From: the human T2T-CHM13v2.0 reference genome, Homo sapiens
Assembly: GCF_009914755.1 (NCBI RefSeq)
Contig: NC_060939.1
Direction: 5' to 3' (one strand)
DNA length: 64,000 nucleotides
Shown here one piece after another: positions 1 through 14,917 of this stretch. Position 1 is the first letter of the stretch. Each line of letters begins with the position of its first letter. Position numbers and translations under genes: made by a program. The notes under the pieces were generated by a model. That model did no database searches. It saw nothing but the letters and a program-made list of their open reading frames with translations, and had not been told where the DNA came from.

Positions 1-199
1 TCAAACCTGAATAATTCCATTCAGTATTCATGTTGTAACTGACAAGATAAACACAACTATCATTTCATTCTCACTTTCCATATCATTGTTTCTCTGATGA
101 TTCCAACAAATCCCTTATTAAAACTCATCCTTTGGCTTAAGGTAAAAATAATCATTGCATGGAGAAAGAGTTTTTAATCAATTCAAGATATAACTGGAA

Positions 200-760
200 T
201 AAATGCTACTGGCCTGAGTAGCCATTGTTCTTGGCAAATCCCTCTAAGCAATAAACAGTGAACACCATACACTTTTGAGAAAGTAGGAGAGGGATGGGGA
301 TAGTCACTGTTTCATGTCACACTCCTTAATGCTCTTATGGTCCATTTACATGCAGTTGGAACTGACATGTAATATATTTGATGAATACAGAACAATCAGC
401 AAAGAAACAACGCTGAGCTGCTGGAGACAAGTATTCGAAGTGCTTAGTTTTATAAGCTTTGCATTCAGTCGTGAAACTAATGCTTGTTGCAGAATCTACT
501 AAAAAACACTATCAATAAGCCAATAGCAGATGATTTTGGAAGCTGTTCAAGGATTGAGCTATAGATCCACTTGGTGGAGAGAAAGGAGCAAAATATTGGA
601 AGCTTTGAAAGCATTCGTTACTTTTCCCATACAACTTACATATTAGCAGTGAGTACCTTGTCAATTGTGTTGTCATTCAATCATTAAATAAGATTTTAAT
701 AAGTGATAGCTTTTATAATTATGTATTTTTGATATTCCTAAAACAATGTTATATTCTCTA
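200..760 (+). mobile_element. Highly degraded hAT/Charlie-type DNA transposon transposase remnant
   Basis: Frameshifted motifs resembling hAT transposase: ATCCCTCTAAGCAATAAACAGTG (IPLSNxTV-like), GATGATTTTGG (DFW-like) and GCTTTGAAAGC..TTTTCCCATACAACTTAC (ALK..PF.TTY dimerisation-domain-like). Boundaries are approximate. Confidence 0.4.
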
Positions 761-1142
761 TCATGTTAAAATTGATATTTGTGGTTCAATGAGGGTGGGA
801 AATCCAATTCCACAACTCCAAACACTTCATGGATTTGAACTTTGGAGCCCTTAACCTTAAATTGAGAAGAATTTCTTATAGCATTGATCACCCTTCCTAT
901 TAAAGAATTCAGACCTAAATATCTGGGCTAAACATCTTGCCAACTCATGGATAGTCAGTGTTTTAAGCCATACAGGTTAAGTGAAAAGAGAGAATGCTAT
1001 GATTGACAGTATAAGTCAGCTCTAGATTATACTCACCAAAAAAGTGTTGCTTTGGAAATACAGACCATCCCTTGACCTCTACCCAGAAAAGGAAGCAATT
1101 TTGAAGTCAAGAAAAGCTCATGGGATGCACCACATTTAGGGA

Positions 1143-1342
1143 GGCAATTCAACATAATGGCTAAGAACATAGGCTTTGGATTCAGAGACCCCAAGACAGA
1201 AGTTTTGGCTCTACTCCTTTCAAATTTGGGGAAAGTTACTCAACCTCAATTTGCACACTGTCATAAAACTAGTACCTATCTCATGGAGTTACTCAAAGGA
1301 TTAAATAGGGCAATACACATAAAGTGCTTGGCACAGAGCCTG
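1143..1342 (+). mobile_element. MIR SINE
   Basis: ATAATGGCTAAGAACATAGGCTTTGG head, core ..AAGTTACTCAACCTC.., tail ..AAAGTGCTTGGCACAGAGCCTG. Confidence 0.75.
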
Positions 1343-1355
1343 AATATCACATTAT

Positions 1356-1400
1356 ACACACATACCCACATACACACACGCACATGCACACACACACACA
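1356..1400. repeat. Imperfect (CA)n microsatellite
   Basis: ACACACATACCCACATACACACACGCACATGCACACACACACA. Confidence 0.85.
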
Positions 1401-1509
1401 GTCTTCTTTCATGGATTCTGTATTTGTAACTTTGCCTACTTACTAAAATTTATTTGTAATCACAAAATCAGTATTGGGTGATCTAAGGTAATAATCTAAT
1501 AAATGACAC

Positions 1510-1680
1510 AGTGTAAAGAGCACTGTAGCAGAAAACATGGGTCATAATCTCCATTCTGCCACTAACTTGCTGCATGACCTTGAGCAATTTTTTTAATCCC
1601 CATGGGTCTCACTTTCCCCATTTGTAAAAATTATGAGTTTGGACCAGCTGACAAGAAGTTCTTCCAGCTCTCTATGATCA
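1510..1680 (+). mobile_element. MIR3/MIRc-type SINE
   Basis: CORE sequence TCTGCCACTAACTTGCTGCATGACCTTGAGCAA..CCCCATTTGTAAAA followed by TTCTTCCAGCTCT tail. Confidence 0.7.
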
Positions 1681-2430
1681 TACAACGGTGAATAGAATTC
1701 ATCTCTTCTTCTTTCACAGAGGGAGAGCTGATGGAGGCCCAAAAACAGAGTTAAGGCCTGCCAGATCAGGTCTCTGACTGAAAGCAATATAGGAAACTCC
1801 TGCCAGGATCTGCCATGTGCAGCAAGATACTAAAAAGTGGAGACACCTTTATGCAAGGGTTGGATAAAATCCCAAAGAGACCAAGTTTTTTAATCTGCAT
1901 AGCTAAGGCTTTCTTATCTGGTAGACAGACCTGCATGAGAAACCAAATTGTAATGAGGATTACATAGTGTGCATAGAATTACAGCAATGGAGCAAGGGAA
2001 TAAAAGGAGGAAGAGTTGAATGTCAAGTGTTTGCTAATAGAGTTTGAGACCCCCTTTTTCAGCACGACCAGTAATGTTATTCTTGTAATTGTAAAAGTCT
2101 GATTGCCAACAATCGCTCCCTTCTAACAGTGCTTTGGTGTTTGCTGCTAAAGTTTGCGTTTGTGACCTTCCTTTTCTATCTTCCTAGGGTACACCCTCTG
2201 ATTTTCCTTCTGTATGTATTCTTTCTTTGGTTTGTACTTTTGTTTTAGCCATATTCTGATCTAAAAAAAAAAAAACAGAAACTGCCTCAAATATTTACAA
2301 CAGTGAAGTTTTTATTTGGGGAATTGGTTACCACAAGTGATTTAGTATATAAAAAGCAAAACTAGGGATGATGGTGAAGCAACCCAAAGATTAGCAGTCG
2401 TAGGAATCAACTCTTACCAGTAGACTAGAA

Positions 2431-3074
2431 CTATGCTGCCCAGTATGGTAGCAACTAGCCATACCTGACTATCAGCACTTGAAATGTGGCTAGCCTGAAC
2501 TGAATTGTGTTCTTAGTGTAAAATGCACACCAGATTTTGAAGACTTACCGTGAAAAGAAGAAAATGTAAACTAGGTCATTTATACATCAGTTATATTCAA
2601 TATGACTTTCGTATTGAATATACAGATAGGTGATACATTGAATTTATTGGGTTAGATAAAATATAGTAGTTTAATTAATTTCACTTTTTAATTTTGACTT
2701 TTTTTTTTTTTTGAGACAGAGTCTTGCTCTGTTGCCCAGGCTGGAGTGCAGTGGCGCAATCTCAACTCACTGCAAACTCTGCCACCTGGGTTCAGGTGAT
2801 TCTCATGCCTTAGCCTCCTGAGTAGCTGGGATAACAGGCGGGTGCCATCACGTCCAGCTAATTTTTGTATTTTTTGTAGAGACGAGGTTTTGCATATTGG
2901 CCAGGCTGGTCTTGAACTTCTGACCCCAAGTGATCTTCCTGCCTCAGCCTCCCAAAGTGCTGGGATTACAGGCAAGAGCCACAGCGCCCAGCCTAATTTT
3001 GACTTTTTAATGTGACCATAGTAAATTAAAACTGATATAAGTGACTCACATTATGTTTCTATTAGACAGTGCTG
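2431..3074 (-). mobile_element. MER33 hAT-Charlie non-autonomous DNA transposon, interrupted by an Alu
   Basis: Termini CTATGCTGCCCAGTA / TATTAGACAGTGCTG; internal GCACTTGAAATGTGGCTAG; degenerate 8-bp hAT target duplication GACTAGAA / GGCTAGAG. Confidence 0.8.
2704..2993 (-). mobile_element. AluS (Sx/Sz-like), full length
   Basis: Dimeric Alu with poly-T; TSD TAATTTTGACTTTTT at 2689-2703 and 2994-3008. Confidence 0.95.
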
Positions 3075-4229
3075 GGCTAGAGAGACAAATATAGGACATT
3101 TACTCTAGGTGCCCTGTAGAGTTATTGCCCTGAATTGTCTGGGGTTCCTGGCCCTTAATGTTGAGATTGCTTGATTTGTTTCCAGATTCCCTCACTGCCT
3201 AGACTGTGATCTGGATACTTAACAACTTCCCTGGACATTAATCAAATGAGTCACCCTGTTCTTTGTTACGTTTTGACATTTCTCAGTATTTGAATCCATT
3301 GTCTTATCTTGTTCTCCCAATTCTTAGTAGTCTATCTGGGATTTTCATCCAATTTCTTATTCTATGTTATTTATAGTGCCTATATAATTAATGGTGCCAA
3401 ACATAGTGCTGCTTCCCTAAGAGTATCAGCTACTATAGCAGTCTTGGAAACCACAAGTTCTTGCTCTCTGCTTCCTTTCCATAATACGCCACCATGTTTG
3501 GGACTAATTACAAAGAAAGTTTGCCTTGTAATCCATGCAGAAACCTAAAAGAAAACTGCAGACCCTAAGTCTAAGGGTAAATTTCTCTGGCCAAAAGCTA
3601 ATTGTCACAAAGTGTTTACCTGGGAAAAGTTTATTCTTTAGGCCTGATAATCATCAAGTTAATAGAGAAATATGTGTTATCATTAAGAAACATTTTCAGG
3701 GTATCCATGATGTGCTACACACTTTTCTAAACAACAGGATGCAAAGGTGAAAAAGTCAAAAACTCCTGGAGGGTAGATATGAGAAGAAACAAATAATCCA
3801 AGGAGTCATGACAACAAGTTAATGAATGTCCTGGGAATTTTTAGGCAAAGAACTCCCTTGTGCCAGAGAAAGTTTCAAAGAATATGGGAACCTGAGCTGG
3901 GATTTGAAGGAAGGCAAGAATTAGATAAACAAAGTAGAAACAAAAAGTTTTCTAGGAAGGGCAAATTGTATACATAGCAAGAATATACAGAAGCAGGAAT
4001 ACATTTACTCCATATTTGAAGTGGAATATATTATGGTCAGGAAGCTCAAGTCTTTTAAGAACTGTCTTCATCTAAGTGAGACCCAAGAACAGTTTCAACT
4101 TGAGTCAAAAACTCTATAGCATTTTTATTAAGATTTAAAAATATGTCTAGAAAGTGAAGCTTGTTGGGAAGTGCTGTGGGACTCCTTCACGGATAATATC
4201 TGATTACACTAAAATGTGGTTTCTACTTT

Positions 4230-4332
4230 TGGACTATAAGATTCCCAAAGGACAATGCCTGTCCTGTTCACTGTCGTCTCAAAGTGTGGCCCAGAGTAGA
4301 TGCTTAGTGATTCTGTGTTGAATGAATGAATG
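4230..4332 (+). mobile_element. L2 LINE 3' end
   Basis: ACTATAAGATTCCC..TGTTCACTG..GTAGATGCTTAGTGA..GTTGAATGAATGAATG terminal repeat. Confidence 0.65.
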
Positions 4333-6179
4333 CCAACAAATGGTGTGATAGTGCATGAGTCCCTGTGATGAGAGACACAAAGGAAGTATTGATTCAATAT
4401 CTATGTATTCCAGAATAGAGTTTAGGGAATTAGAAATTGAGTTAGGCAGCATATTCCAATTATTAGGAGAACTCCCTTCAGGGATTTGGGCAGTGTGTCC
4501 CCTGGCCCACAGTTATTGGAGAATCAGAAATCCCAGTGAAGAATTGAATCAGCCTGACATGTTGTTAGGTGATGATAAAATTTAAAATATAATTGTCACC
4601 ACTCATGCCTTTGTAAGAATTTTCTTTATGATAATACCTATTTAAGGCTGCCTCCATTAGGCACATCTGGATTGGATCAAGAAGAATATGAGATCCGTCT
4701 CAAGCTAGTAATTCAGAGACCAGATCCTGCAGGCCATTGCTAATTCATTAAATTTTGAGATGTGAAAACACATAAATTAACATCATTGAACCCAGAGAAC
4801 CATTAGGATCTTTGGAAATCTCAGGGAAACAGCATTATATGAGGGAAAGTTTTGAGGAGGACCCATTCCATTCACTTAGACACTGGGGAGTGTTGCTGTA
4901 TATCAAATGCAGGCTGTGTTAGTCCAACATTCTACCATATGGAGGCCATATGGCTGTTCCGAGTGGGTGTTGTCTCCAGAAACAGCCAGAGCTGCATTCA
5001 CAGCCTGAATTCAACATTTGTTACTCTGAGAGCTTTAACAAGTGATGGAGATAAACACAGCATTTGCATCATAACGTTGTTGCAATAATTCAATAAGATA
5101 ATGCAAGCAAAGCTCTTAGCACAGTGCCTATCCCCAAAAAAGTGCTTAGTAGATGTTAGGTCTCTCTTCAAGAACAATGGAAGTGCAGCTCTGCCCCCAA
5201 GAGTCTTTACTTTCCCAAAGAGAATCATCCCCAACGACACTCCCCACTTCCCCATTCCCTGTCCTGACAAGGCTGGGAATTTATCCAGACCAACTACATA
5301 TATGCCCTATTTCTTAAGCCTTACTAAAAAACAGAATACATTCAACCCTTTCCCCACATTGGGACTGGATTCATTTTTTGATCTTAGAATAATTTTTGTG
5401 TATGCCATTTCCTCAAATGACTACCTCTTGCTCTGACTCCAGTACAATCCATGCCCTGGTTTTGTTTCACCAACAAAGTTTTGTCCGGCGGGTCTTGATT
5501 TCCCCAGTGCCTGAATAAGTTTGCCCCAACTTTTGACTTCAATCTTCCTGACAGCTGTGAGCGATCTTCACCCTGCTGCAGAGCTGAAACATATTTCACA
5601 GAGACAAAACAAAGCAAGTAGCCTTATATTTGAGGAATAAATGATTTATATCAGATTATTTTCTGAAAGAAGCTTTTGACTAGGGAGGGGAATGACAATT
5701 GAAATGCATAGACCACAAGATGACTGTCCTTTGGTTGGAAATCAAAGGGCAGGGAAAGATGGCTCCCAGAAGGGAGGGATACATAAAACACACTTACTTC
5801 TCTTACTTTGTGATCCTCTCTGGGGATTTTGACAGTTAATATTGGCCTAGGTGGCAGTTAGTAGGGCTTAGTCACTTAATTTCTCTTTATCCTTAAAAAT
5901 GCCATCTATTTTTCCACTTTTAAAAATGGAAAGAAGAAGCTATTTCTGTGATTTCTCAAATCCCTAAAATTGCAGTCTGGGTGCACATTTTCAAGGTGGT
6001 CTTTGCCAGAGTGTTGCTTTTATAACCCTAGAACCAGACATGTACAGACATGTAGTTTTAGGGAAGTCAGGGATTTTGAGGTGAGCCATGGTAGGCCTGG
6101 CACCAGCTCCTGAACTGATGTCTTGTGGCATTAACAACTCACCACTGTCATCAATACCATTGCCTTAAAGGAATAAGAA

Positions 6180-6492
<313 letters not shown>

Positions 6493-6944
6493 AAAGGAAT
6501 AAGAAATATGACCATGTGAAGTGTCACCCTTATCAGGGAATTGACCAAGATAATTGGGATACCTGCTCTATTATGGGAAACCTTGCGGTTGGAGCATGAA
6601 TATACTTCAACATGGCAAAGACTGGAGGAAACTGATGCTAACAATGGTGACATTTCCACCTCTAGTATCTCATGTACAAACAATGTATGCCTGCAATCTC
6701 TATCTTTCCACTAATCTCTCCCAGGATCATTAAGACAATATGGAATCCATGAGAGCTGATTGCACAGCAGCATCAACCCTGCCCACAGAAAGAAAGCTCT
6801 TTTCTACAAACCACAGTCTCTTTCCTCAGTGCCTCTGCCCAGTCCTTCTTACTTCTTTTAGTCTGCTACCTCCTGACTGTCATAATATCCTGGGAGATTC
6901 TCTCCATACCTACTAACATAGGATAGGCATTCCCTTCTAACAAA

Positions 6945-8432
<1,488 letters not shown>

Positions 8433-10680
8433 AGTAAAGTGGAAAGTAAAAAAATAGAAGTATACTTACAGTTGAACATTTAATGTATTTTCTCTTACAT
8501 AATATTTTTTAAAACCCTAATGAAAACATATGAGATAGAAACATTTATCATTTTCTACCATAAGTTTGGTGACCATATTTCCCAAATGACAAAATTGATA
8601 CAAGTGGTATCAAAATGGAGCAATATATTTGAAAACAGGATTGATCTCTAAAACTCGAGCCATATGTACAGCAGATCAAGAAAAAACCCTCAGAAGAGGG
8701 ATTCACTCACTTCATTCTGGGTCACTTTTCACCCCCCTGAGAATCAGTGACTCATTCCTCCATTTATTCCTTTATGTTATAAATCATTGATGTGTATAGC
8801 TCTTTGTCCCTTTATCCACCTATCTAACCATTCTCTACCTAACTATTCACAAAAGAAATGCTGCTTCTAAAAGAAGATAGTCCTAACACACCGGTAGAAT
8901 TTTTGCCAACAAGATGAGAAGAGTTGGTAACATTTTATTCATTAATATCTATAGCAGTTATAGAAGATTATACTATTCTTTGCTGCAAGAACAAAACCCA
9001 CTGTGAGAAACACAGACTAAAAATCATTGGCAATTTATGTCTCTTAGTGCAAGGAGATTTTGAGTCTTTATGGGGAAAGTCAAGATGAGCTGTTTCCAAA
9101 TGCAGCAGTAATTGCGACACTTCTCAAAGGGACCACAAATTACAGTGAAGATGATGAAGATATGTTCAGTGGATCTGAAGTTCCTGAAGGATGTTCAGGA
9201 GTAAATATCAAATAGGAAGGGATATATAGATGTATGGGTTTGTAGAACAAGAGAGAACTCTATTCTGGATTTATCAAGTTAACAATCTGAGCTATTGTAT
9301 GGTGTAAAAACGTTGACATAGATGGAGTCACATAGAGAGATTGTTGAGAATTGAAAGAGCTGAATGACTACCCTGTTAAATTTTTCAGGGAAGCTCCCTC
9401 TCTTTCAGAACAATGCTTTATCAACATTACAGCAGTGTTTTTCTGATAAAATGCTAATTCTCATCAAATAATTGTAAAAATAAATCATGGGAGAAAACAG
9501 TAAAAGCAATCTATCATCAATCTTCATATCTCATCAAGGAACACACTGAGAGGTCTTTTCTACTTTCCACTGTCTCCTGCCCTGCTATTTTAGGATTGCA
9601 ATTGTTCCTCTATTTTGTTCAAGGCTACGGTATTTTCTTGGGGACATTTCTGAATAGGGATATTCAGAACATAATAATCTTCATAAAAACAACAGATCAC
9701 TAAGCCTTCTGAAATGGAATATGTCATGATAGTATTTTGTTTGCTGTTTCATTTCTTCTGAACCATAATGTGCTTCATTCTCATGCGTAAGCACTGTGTG
9801 AACAGACATGAAATGGCTTTGAAAAAAACACTGCTACTTCTCTGATGTTTATTACCTTCCTCTTGATTCAAACAGCAATGGCATTATTATGACTTTGTCT
9901 GATAAAACTATTTCTTTCTTAAAAAGTCAGGTTTGATTCTACAGACATTTTAAATTCAACACACTGCATCTTGCACTAGCATCTAATTCAGGTTTCTAAT
10001 TACAAAACTTCTTTCCTTGCTTTCATTGCCTTTTTGTGACTAGGACTGTTGACTTTTCTTCTTGTGACATCCATAACCCAGCATCTTGGAAACCAGATAC
10101 ATTTGCATAACTCACTGACCTAGAAAAAATGTTAAAAATCCATGTCTTAGTCTTGCATTACTAGAAAAATTTAAAATTGTATGGCTATGTTAATACTTTG
10201 GAGACTTTAGCATGAGTTTAAACTTGTCAGTTAACAGAACTGGACATGTACTTTGCCATTAAGTTTCCTCTTAGCACTTCAATTCAAAATATTTCCCTAT
10301 TACTTTCCCTGAGAAATTTAACTTGAAACTTTCATTATAATTGAAGGAGGGGTTGGTTTTTACCCAAGAAAAAAATCATGAACAAAGTTCACAACATGAA
10401 TAATGTACATGGGAGAATATTAAAGAGATGTATGTGCTTGTATTCATGTGCAGAGATAGAAGGTTTCAACAACTAGGAACCCAAATTACCAAACTGAGTA
10501 CCAGAAGTTGCTTTGGCATGAAGCTTTGAGGCAAAATAGAGGTTGACAGGACGGTGGGAGTTAGGCAGAATAAGGATGTGGGGGATAAAGGCAGTCTGAG
10601 GTTGCTCTTTTAAGGCAGTTAATTTCATGTATGGACTTTTTCCACACAACTCCCAAACAAACCGTATAACAATTTCAACT

Positions 10681-10775
10681 TTTTAATTTTAATTTTTTTA
10701 TTTTTAAAGTTGAAGTCTCACTATGTTGCCCAGGCTGGACTTTAACTCCTTGGCTCAAGTGATCCTCCAGCCTCA
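10681..10775 (-). mobile_element. 5'-truncated FLAM/Alu left monomer
   Basis: T-rich tail then GTCTCACTATGTTGCCCAGGCTGG..GGCTCAAGTGATCCTCCAGCCTCA; TCAACT on both sides. Confidence 0.8.
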
Positions 10776-12019
10776 TCAACTGTTTTTAGTATTAAGAAAT
10801 GTGTGATATAATCATCCGCACCTTATTGCTGTTGGCATAGGGCTGAGCAAGGCATGAGCTGAGGATCAGGGAAGAGTAAGAATGAGGAGACACCTAGACA
10901 CAATCTGAAAGACAAACTACAGATAACCAAGAGGTCTGTATTTACCAAGCTCGCTCATTTCACAAAAGACCATCAGTCATTCTTAACTTAAGCATCTGCC
11001 CATTCTCTAGGAATTTACATGAATGAGTTCTCCGAGTGTCATGATTTCTCTTTTAAAGTTATAATAGCCATATTCATTTACTTTAAATGAATGCATAGAA
11101 TTTCTGCTTAATAATGATAGCTGTTTTTTTAATTTGAAAATTTTGGGGTTCCTAATGTGTTTACACACACACATACACACACAAACGTATATATATATAT
11201 GGAATTTGGGAAAGGGGGGATATTTGAGTAATAGTAATTTGATCTACTAATTTAGCGTCAATCTCCATGGGGAATTCTTAATTTTATATTTAATGATTCT
11301 CTCAGCACTCAAAAAACATATGCCAATATCCTTAAAATGAAAGTCTCCTAAGATTGCCTGGGGTTAATGTGTTGTAAATATTTCCTAGTAATAAAAAAGG
11401 GGGGAAACTTGCACATTTCAAGCCACTTTAATGCATTTTGACTCAGCTATGACAAATAGCTGCCCCAAGTAAATGCGTCAAAATGACTTTCTAGTAAATA
11501 GCCTTGCAAAACTGACTCCAAGTTTCCTTGTTACAAGTAACAACTTAGGGATAGAAATTACTTTAGACTTATAGAATGTAGAGAATTTTGCTCTTTTTAT
11601 GATGAGAATGATGGATGGAAAGCCTTCTTTCCCTTATTGCTTTGAAGGATGTATGATTGTCCCTTTTGGAAACCTCAGAACCAACCTTTATTTTCTACTG
11701 CAACAAATGTCAGATACTCAGAATATTTGAGAAATGGTGAAATCTTGTTGGCTTGCTATTTTGTTTTTCTGGTGTTTAAGAACTTTTTTTTCTTTGCATG
11801 TTTGTTTCAACAATCACTTTAGGAGAAAAGGTGGGTACAAGGAGAACATTATAAAATATATTAGTCCTTTCTCCTGCCTTAGTTGAGTATGTATTAATTC
11901 AGTAAATACTTATTGATCATCTTTGTGCTAGTCAATGTGAATTAAGAACTATATGTTTTTGCCCCCCAAAAAGCTCACTGTTTAGCAGTAAGAGATAGGC
12001 ATATAAATGCAATTATGTA

Positions 12020-12362
12020 GTATATTAGTCAGAATAGGCTAAATGCTATAACAAACAGAGTTATTTTCAGTGTTTTAACACAACAAAGATTTATTATTTG
12101 GTTATATCACCAACCACTGGGGATACACAGAGAGGATATGGTGGGGTTTCTGCTTCACATAGTCATCCAGGTACCCAGGCTTCTTCCAGAGTGGCTCTGC
12201 CATCTTTTGGGGCCTCAGAGAGCTCCACCAGATTTTCTTTATCTGTTTAGCAGGCAAGGGAGGTTTCATGGACCAGGCCTGGAAGAGCCATTCTTACATG
12301 TCCTGTTGGTCAAAACTCAGACATGTGACTATATCAAACTTCTGACAGGCTGGAAAATATAA
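12020..12362 (-). mobile_element. Old MaLR LTR (MLT1J/K-like)
   Basis: TATATTAGTCAG..GCTATAACAAACA..TTAACACAACAAAGATTTATT and CACATAGTCATCCAGGTACCCAGGCT motifs. Confidence 0.6.
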
Positions 12363-12911
12363 TTTAGAATTTTCAATTTATCTTTTGCCAGTGAAATATA
12401 GACTACTAGGCATTTCAAGTTCCTCTGCATTCTAGCTTTATTGTATCTTTCCAATTATATATCCCATTTCTTCCTTCACATGATCTGGTCAAATAATTAT
12501 TCCTTGTTCCCTGAGCTAGTTTTCTACATCCCATGCTCAGTTTGTTTTTATGAAAGGCTCTTCCCTATCAACTTTTTTTCCAGATTTTCTTATCTTTAGG
12601 GCCAGTTTTAAAATTCACCTCTTCTATGAAACCTCCATTATAGGAATGATACAAATTAGCTTACTCATCACTCAAACATGAAAATAAAATGTTTTTTTAT
12701 AATTGATCAATACTTCCTCACAAGCTCTGTCCTTCCCAACATAAAAGTATAAAGAAAAAAAAATACTAAGCACAACTTCCAACGTAAGAGTAGGAAAAAA
12801 ACTAGTTTCTATAAGTTTCAAAACGTAGCTCAATTTAATACATTAAACATCTTTAAAGCCCTTTGAACTGGATCAAAACATCTTTAGAGGTGTTGTTTAA
12901 TGTGTAATATA

Positions 12912-14231
12912 CAGTCATGTATTTAACATTTCAGTCAATGACTGATTGCAAATATGATGGTGGTCCCATAGGATTATAATGAGCTGGAAAATTCCTATCA
13001 CTGAGTGGTGTTGTAGCCATTATAAGTCATTGCACAACGCATTACTCACATGGTTGCAGTGATGTTGGTGTGCACAAACCTACTGCACTGCTATTCATAT
13101 AAACGTCTAGCACAGTTTTGTACAGTACATAATACTTGATAATAAGAAACAACTATGCTACTGGTTTATTATTTACTGTACTGTAAATATCATTATTTTA
13201 GAATATATGCCTTCTATTTAGAAAAGAAAAAAGCTAACTGTAAAACAGCCTTAGACTAGTCCTTCAGGAGGTATTCCAGAGGAAGGCATTGTTATCATAG
13301 GAGAGGACAGCATCATGCATTGCCCCTGAAGACCTTCCAGTGGGACAAGATGTGGAGGTGGAAGATAGTGATATTGATGATCCTGACCCTGTGTAGGCCT
13401 AGGCTAATGTGTGTTTGTCTTCATTTTTAACAAAAAAGTTTATAAAGTAAAAAAAAATATTAAAAACAGAAAAAAGTTATAGAATACAGATATAAGGAAA
13501 GAAAATATTTTCAGAGTTGTACATTTTTGTGTTTAAAGTTGTGTCATTACAAGATTCAAAAAGTTTTAAAAATGAAAAAGTTTATAAAGTGAAAAAGTTA
13601 CAGTAAGCTAAAGTTAATTTATTATTGAAGGAAAATATTTTTTATAAATGAGTGTGGCCTAAGTGTACAATGTGTATAAAAACTACAGTGGTGTACAGTA
13701 ATGTCACAGGCCTTCACATTCACTCAACACTTACTCACTGACTCACCCAGAACAACTTCCAGTTCTGCAAGCTCCATTCATGTTAAGCGCCCTATGGAGG
13801 TTTTTATCCTTTATACTGTATTTTTACTGTGCCTTTTCTATGTTTAGATACACAAATACTTACCACTGTGTTATAATCACCTACAATATATAGTACAGTA
13901 ACCTGCTATACACATTTGTAGCCTAGGAGCAATAGGCTATATCATATAGCTTGGGCATGTAGTAAATTATACCATCTAGGTTTGTGTGTTACTTTTTACT
14001 GTACTATAAATATCATTATTTTAGAGTATGTGCCTTCTATTTAGAAAAGAAAAAAGTTAACTGTAAAACAGCCTCAGACTCGTCCTTTGGGAGGTATTCC
14101 AGAAGAAGGTATTGTTATCATAGGAGAGGACAGCAGGTTTGTGTAAGTATGCCCTATGATGTTCACACAACAAAATTGCCTAATGATGCATTTCTCAGAA
14201 TGTATTCCCATTGTGATGTGACACATGATTG
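12912..14231 (+). mobile_element. Tigger3b (Golem/MER7) Tc1-mariner DNA transposon, full length, carrying an internal duplication
   Basis: TA-flanked TIRs CAGTCATG.. / ..CATGATTG; GATGGTGGTCCCATAGGATTATAATG; CCCCTGAAGACCTTCCAGTGGGACAAGATGTGGAGGTGGAAGA. Confidence 0.9.
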
Positions 14232-14384
14232 TATACCTGTATCTATATTTTATCTATCTTATCTATCTATCTGAAAGGTATAAATAGAACAAACAGCTAT
14301 GAACCTAATACTCAGCTTAAGGAATAAAACATTATTAATGCAGCTGAATCCTCCTATACCTCCCAGTCACATCTCCCTTTATAT

Positions 14385-14912
14385 TGAGTATTTTATACAT
14401 AACCTTTCAGATTCTCTCTCCCTCACATGTCTCCTGACCCTTGGCTGTTCCATGTGAGCTGCCAGTGCCACTGCAGTACACTCAGGGCAGCGGTTCCACT
14501 GCATGAGTTCCAGCAGACAAGCACTAGAAATCCCTAGATCTTCTTACTACTTCCAGATTTGAATGAAGCTATCATGCCACAGAGCACTGGAGATGCCTTC
14601 CATAGCAGTTGTGTAAAGGCCCGGTGAGAGAACCTGGAAGCGTGGAAAAATTAGTTTCCTGACAGTAAATTATGACCGATGAGAGCAAGAAGACTGTAAG
14701 AACCTAAAATAATCATTTCTTCTCCCTTCCTTTCTCTAATGGACTGTTCTGAGGATGGTTCTTTGTGCGGCCTGTGCAGTTACATTGCTGTACTTCTCTT
14801 CCTTATCCTTTCCTGTCTCATTTTGCCTTTCCTTCACTCTTGCTGCCCTGAGATCACATCTCCCAATATTTATCCCTGTATTAGGCTCTGTTTTGGGGCC
14901 TGACCTGAGATG
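14385..14912 (+). mobile_element. ERVL LTR16-family solo LTR
   Basis: GGACTGTTCTGAGG, TCACTCTTGCTGCCCTGAGATCACATCTCCCAATA, and end AGGCTCTGTTTTGGGG..CTGAGATG. Confidence 0.6.
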
Positions 14913-14917
14913 CCCCC

